From Phoronis australis (Eukaryota; Animalia; Phoronida): a DNA stretch of 64,000 nt. Shown in pieces: positions 63,101-64,000 of this stretch. The stretch covers positions 289,546 through 353,545 of the forward strand of contig NMRA01000319.1 in NCBI GenBank assembly GCA_002633005.1, written 5' to 3'. The notes below the pieces were generated by a model that saw only the letters and a program-made list of their open reading frames with translations, had not been told where the DNA came from and did no database searches. Each line of letters starts with the position of its first letter. Positions within the stretch are counted from its first letter, which is position 1. Position numbers and translations under genes: made by a program.

Positions 63101-64000
63101 TCTACCAATAACATGTTTAAGTAAGTCAGCTGTGTGGTTATGGTAAAAGTGCTTCATTGTTGCAAACGCTCAAATTTTACCAAATGTTGTTTGGTAATAG
63201 CTACACCATACAAACCGTGCTAAAAGCAAAGTATTATATAATTTTTCTGAGAAGTTAGTTTTGTTGAGAAATTTGACAAAATAAAATTTGACTTGTCAGT
63301 CATGTTGTGTCCCAAACTGAATAATTTTACACCATGTAAGATGTAACTTAAGGCACAAAATTGCAGGTAATTATTATAAATTCATTAAAATAAGACATCA
63401 CATTGATTTGAAACAACCAGTTTTGTTTTATGGGTAATGAGTGTACTGCTTAACTTTTAATGGAATAATCCTTCTGACAAATCAATGATGTCATGATGGA
63501 TTTGACGTATCACAAGATCCGCCCCGTTGCGAAAAGTCGACAAACAAACAATAAGTTTGTTATTTGTCAGGTAAAATGGCGGCTTGGAAATGAAGGTGTG
63601 TCAAAAATGCTGTGTTTTGATTGATCAGTTAAGCTGTCACTCAAAATCCTGACAACAGGTCAGTTCCCTGGAACATTTTCCAAGAGGCTAATGTTCATAA
63701 AAGCTTGTGCCATTTTTTGTGTATTCAGCCCGGAGAGGGCCATGACCCCTTAAATTGCCATTGCTAGTCATTAACAAAATTCTATTTTGTGCAGTCCATA
63801 AAGTAGGTGAGTCTGAGTTTGTAGACCTTCAAGATGCTGACGATGAAGTAACGTCATATCATGATTAACACCAGTTTTCTCCATTCAAGAACATCATTCC
63901 TAGATCAGGAATGGTTCTCCTTCGAAAGCGCCGGCACCCTGGTGGTCAACTGGTCTGGCGGTCCAGCCAAGATGGCCACTCGCCACAACAGCCCAGTCAA
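35913..64000 (+). CDS. CFAP54: Cilia- and flagella-associated protein 54, 3'-partial (31 exons, about 1616 codons in window)
   Basis: Spliced product contains LFDLWNKYEPRLP..YYQEKLL..GD..EYNLALWQCYERYL, LCWLVYNGTIHIY, EYLLWA.MCMESSVPL...RYLTWRVTLYTAVC and LPWPRT.TEKL, recognised from memory as matching the CFAP54 N-terminus. All intron phases are consistent. Confidence 0.93.
36603..36708 (+). CDS. CFAP54: CFAP54 exon 2
   Basis: ttgcAG|C..AAG|GTcagt; SNTLFDLWNKYEPRLP. Confidence 0.93.
37337..37825. mobile_element. Inverted pair of Penelope-like element 3' fragments (GIY-YIG C-terminus plus hammerhead-bearing end)
   Basis: The whole region is an imperfect inverted repeat. Both arms translate to ELKI(H/C)EALHI.WCKPSLNRQ (PLE endonuclease C-terminal motif E..I...P.LN), followed by a hammerhead-like motif. 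Confidence 0.75.
37751..37810 (+). ncRNA. Degenerate type I hammerhead ribozyme (mirror copy 37353..37409 on the - strand)
   Basis: ACTGTTTTTGCTT-CTGA(TCA)TGA-TGGTGTTT-CAAC-AAACCCC-GAAA-CATG-TA-AAACCAGT. Confidence 0.55.
38156..38299 (+). CDS. CFAP54: CFAP54 exon 3
   Basis: ttacAG|GAG..ACT|GTatgt; EYNLALWQCYERYL. Confidence 0.93.
38556..38727 (+). CDS. CFAP54: CFAP54 exon 4
   Basis: ttgcAG|TTC..AACG|GTaggt; FRALMG..LCWLVYNG. Confidence 0.93.
39222..39280 (+). CDS. CFAP54: CFAP54 exon 5
   Basis: tttcAG|GA..AAG|GTtcgt; TIHIYSVSRHLMSMGHAAK. Confidence 0.9.
39955..40098 (+). CDS. CFAP54: CFAP54 exon 6
   Basis: tccAG|GTA..GAG|GTaagt; VLEYLLWACMCMESSVPL. Confidence 0.93.
40413..40575 (+). mobile_element. 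tRNA-derived SINE head (3' boundary uncertain)
   Basis: GGCAGTGTGGTCTTGTGGGATAAG (A-box-like) and GGTTCGAGACCC (B box at 40464) at tRNA-like spacing; no complete cloverleaf. Confidence 0.55.
40726..40839 (+). CDS. CFAP54: CFAP54 exon 7
   Basis: tacAG|GCC..AAG|GTtagc; AFSRRALQKINELSQLE. Confidence 0.9.
41341..41840. mobile_element. 500-bp hAT-like MITE with 6-bp TSD
   Basis: Perfect TIR CAGGGCTTGGAAT / ATTCCAAGCCCTG; TTTCTT on both flanks; subterminal TTCCGCG repeats. Confidence 0.82.
41983..42084 (+). CDS. CFAP54: CFAP54 exon 8
   Basis: tctcAG|ATG..GCT|GTgagt; MAVMVFHRSVFETRKRPKG. Confidence 0.92.
42565..42766 (+). CDS. CFAP54: CFAP54 exon 9
   Basis: tttcAG|CTT..GCTG|GTgggt; LPWPRTLTEKL. 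Confidence 0.9.
43175..43416 (+). CDS. CFAP54: CFAP54 exon 10
   Basis: ttttAG|GG..AAG|GTgtgt; VKLAYCYEQWEVFD. Confidence 0.9.
44117..44353 (+). CDS. CFAP54: CFAP54 exon 11
   Basis: ctcaAG|GAG..ACA|GTaagt; within ORF 44102..44431. Confidence 0.85.
45774..45911 (+). CDS. CFAP54: CFAP54 exon 12
   Basis: atgtAG|CAT..AAG|GTgaaa; DMVVDAVLFLWTRCK. Confidence 0.88.
47265..47406 (+). CDS. CFAP54: CFAP54 exon 13
   Basis: ttccAG|TGG..GCAG|GTaatg; WVYILENIH..AEVVLRLAMVME. Confidence 0.88.
48143..48238 (+). CDS. CFAP54: CFAP54 exon 14 (symmetric phase 1-1, low complexity)
   Basis: ttttacAG|GC..AAAG|GTaact; open frame KKGKGQRSPQ.. Confidence 0.7.
49043..49269 (+). CDS. CFAP54: CFAP54 exon 15
   Basis: ttttAG|AT..AAG|GTaggt; within ORF 48856..49287. 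Confidence 0.85.
49537..49720 (+). CDS. CFAP54: CFAP54 exon 16
   Basis: ttctAG|GAA..CAAG|GTaggg; DLHVELINIYHRVSLKL. Confidence 0.88.
50144..50364 (+). CDS. CFAP54: CFAP54 exon 17
   Basis: atttAG|CC..CAG|GTcagc; KNLLSKALLLSQK. Confidence 0.87.
50785..50964 (+). CDS. CFAP54: CFAP54 exon 18
   Basis: cttAG|GAG..AAG|GTacta; VPPAPRLLSRTDTTMVFKPAEF. Confidence 0.9.
51512..51604 (+). CDS. CFAP54: CFAP54 exon 19
   Basis: ttgtAG|GTT..GAG|GTttga; VAWYRIFGRSATGSNVKVRLND. Confidence 0.88.
52388..52713 (+). CDS. CFAP54: CFAP54 exon 20 (FN3-like strand motif)
   Basis: tttcAG|GTA..CCCAG|GTacac; VSGLTPNERYVFAVGAY..IGETGKPILASHPLP. Confidence 0.92.
52952..53138. repeat. Long intronic inverted repeat (arms about 80 bp)
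   Basis: TCGTCGGGTGGAATTGCGGGTAACTG..CTCGCCTGTGTCTGTTAC..GTCATGTGTCATGC / GCATGACACATGAC..GTAACAGACACAGGCGAG..CAGTTACCCGCCATTCCACCCGACGA. Confidence 0.92.
53885..54032 (+). CDS. CFAP54: CFAP54 exon 21
   Basis: tttAG|A..CAG|GTgaga; SPVLLRQFLASIF. Confidence 0.9.
54477..54632 (+). CDS. CFAP54: CFAP54 exon 22
   Basis: gatAG|ATC..CAG|GTaagt; CERMLVALEL..QAVVQCYGLL. Confidence 0.92.
54956..55078 (+). CDS. CFAP54: CFAP54 exon 23
   Basis: tccAG|GTG..AAG|GTactc; VLQEIP..QHMTACMTFHITK. Confidence 0.9.
55534..55822 (+). CDS. CFAP54: CFAP54 exon 24
   Basis: ctcAG|GTG..CAAG|GTgaat; ORF 55534..55848. Confidence 0.88.
56568..56660 (+). CDS. CFAP54: CFAP54 exon 25
   Basis: tttcAG|CC..GAAG|GTgaga; ELTGNEDPNILHAYI. 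Confidence 0.88.
56994..57120 (+). CDS. CFAP54: CFAP54 exon 26
   Basis: tttcAG|TG..AA|GTaagt; VLKFKRRSRYLEFFVQVVQK. Confidence 0.9.
57125..57356. repeat. 28-bp minisatellite (7 copies) derived from the 3' end of CFAP54 exon 26
   Basis: Unit GTAGTGATCAGGCCATAGAGTGACGTGA; its core TGATCAGGCCATAGAGTG is identical to exon sequence at 57073. Confidence 0.95.
57867..57984 (+). CDS. CFAP54: CFAP54 exon 27
   Basis: cttcAG|A..AAG|GTgtgc; RNEMIIG..KKFAAAMMEY. Confidence 0.87.
58321..58407 (+). CDS. CFAP54: CFAP54 exon 28
   Basis: ttccAG|GAC..AAG|GTaatc; 87 nt open frame. Confidence 0.78.
62220..62390 (+). CDS. CFAP54: CFAP54 exon 29
   Basis: caacAG|GTA..CAG|GTgcgt; KRRQRFRKV..ELPWRSQ. Confidence 0.88.
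63023..63120 (+). CDS. CFAP54: CFAP54 exon 30
   Basis: tttcAG|CTG..AA|GTaagt; LNIYQGLSHF. Confidence 0.85.
63890..64000 (+). CDS. CFAP54: CFAP54 exon 31 (runs off the window)
   Basis: ttcaAG|A; TSFLDQEWFSFESAGTLVV; open to the window end. Confidence 0.82.

Overview
Eukaryotic (metazoan) genomic DNA, AT-rich with GT-AG introns and many small repeats. The repeat content and the single-N tandem haplotype duplications suggest a highly heterozygous marine invertebrate draft assembly; the species cannot be determined from the sequence. Three + strand genes were assembled by hand with consistent intron phases. (1) 1933-18523: the 3' part (12 exons, about 1610 codons) of an unusual adhesion GPCR with at least 22 tandem EGF repeats, a hormone-receptor motif, a GAIN/GPS domain (HL|TNFAILL), an ADGRG-like 7TM and a C-terminal PDZ ligand (-TRL). 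(2) 30091-30885: a 264-aa basic protein of unknown function encoded by one coding exon. (3) 35913 to beyond 64000: the first 31 exons (about 1616 codons) of CFAP54. Introns and intergenic DNA hold several MITEs with 2-, 4-, 5-, 6- and 8-bp TSDs, an inverted Penelope-like fragment pair carrying degenerate hammerhead ribozymes, long hairpins, a tRNA-derived SINE head, minisatellites (one built from an exon end plus splice donor) and candidate in-frame microexons. The most novel item is the Notch-like EGF adhesion GPCR. No prokaryotic systems (CRISPR etc.) are present.
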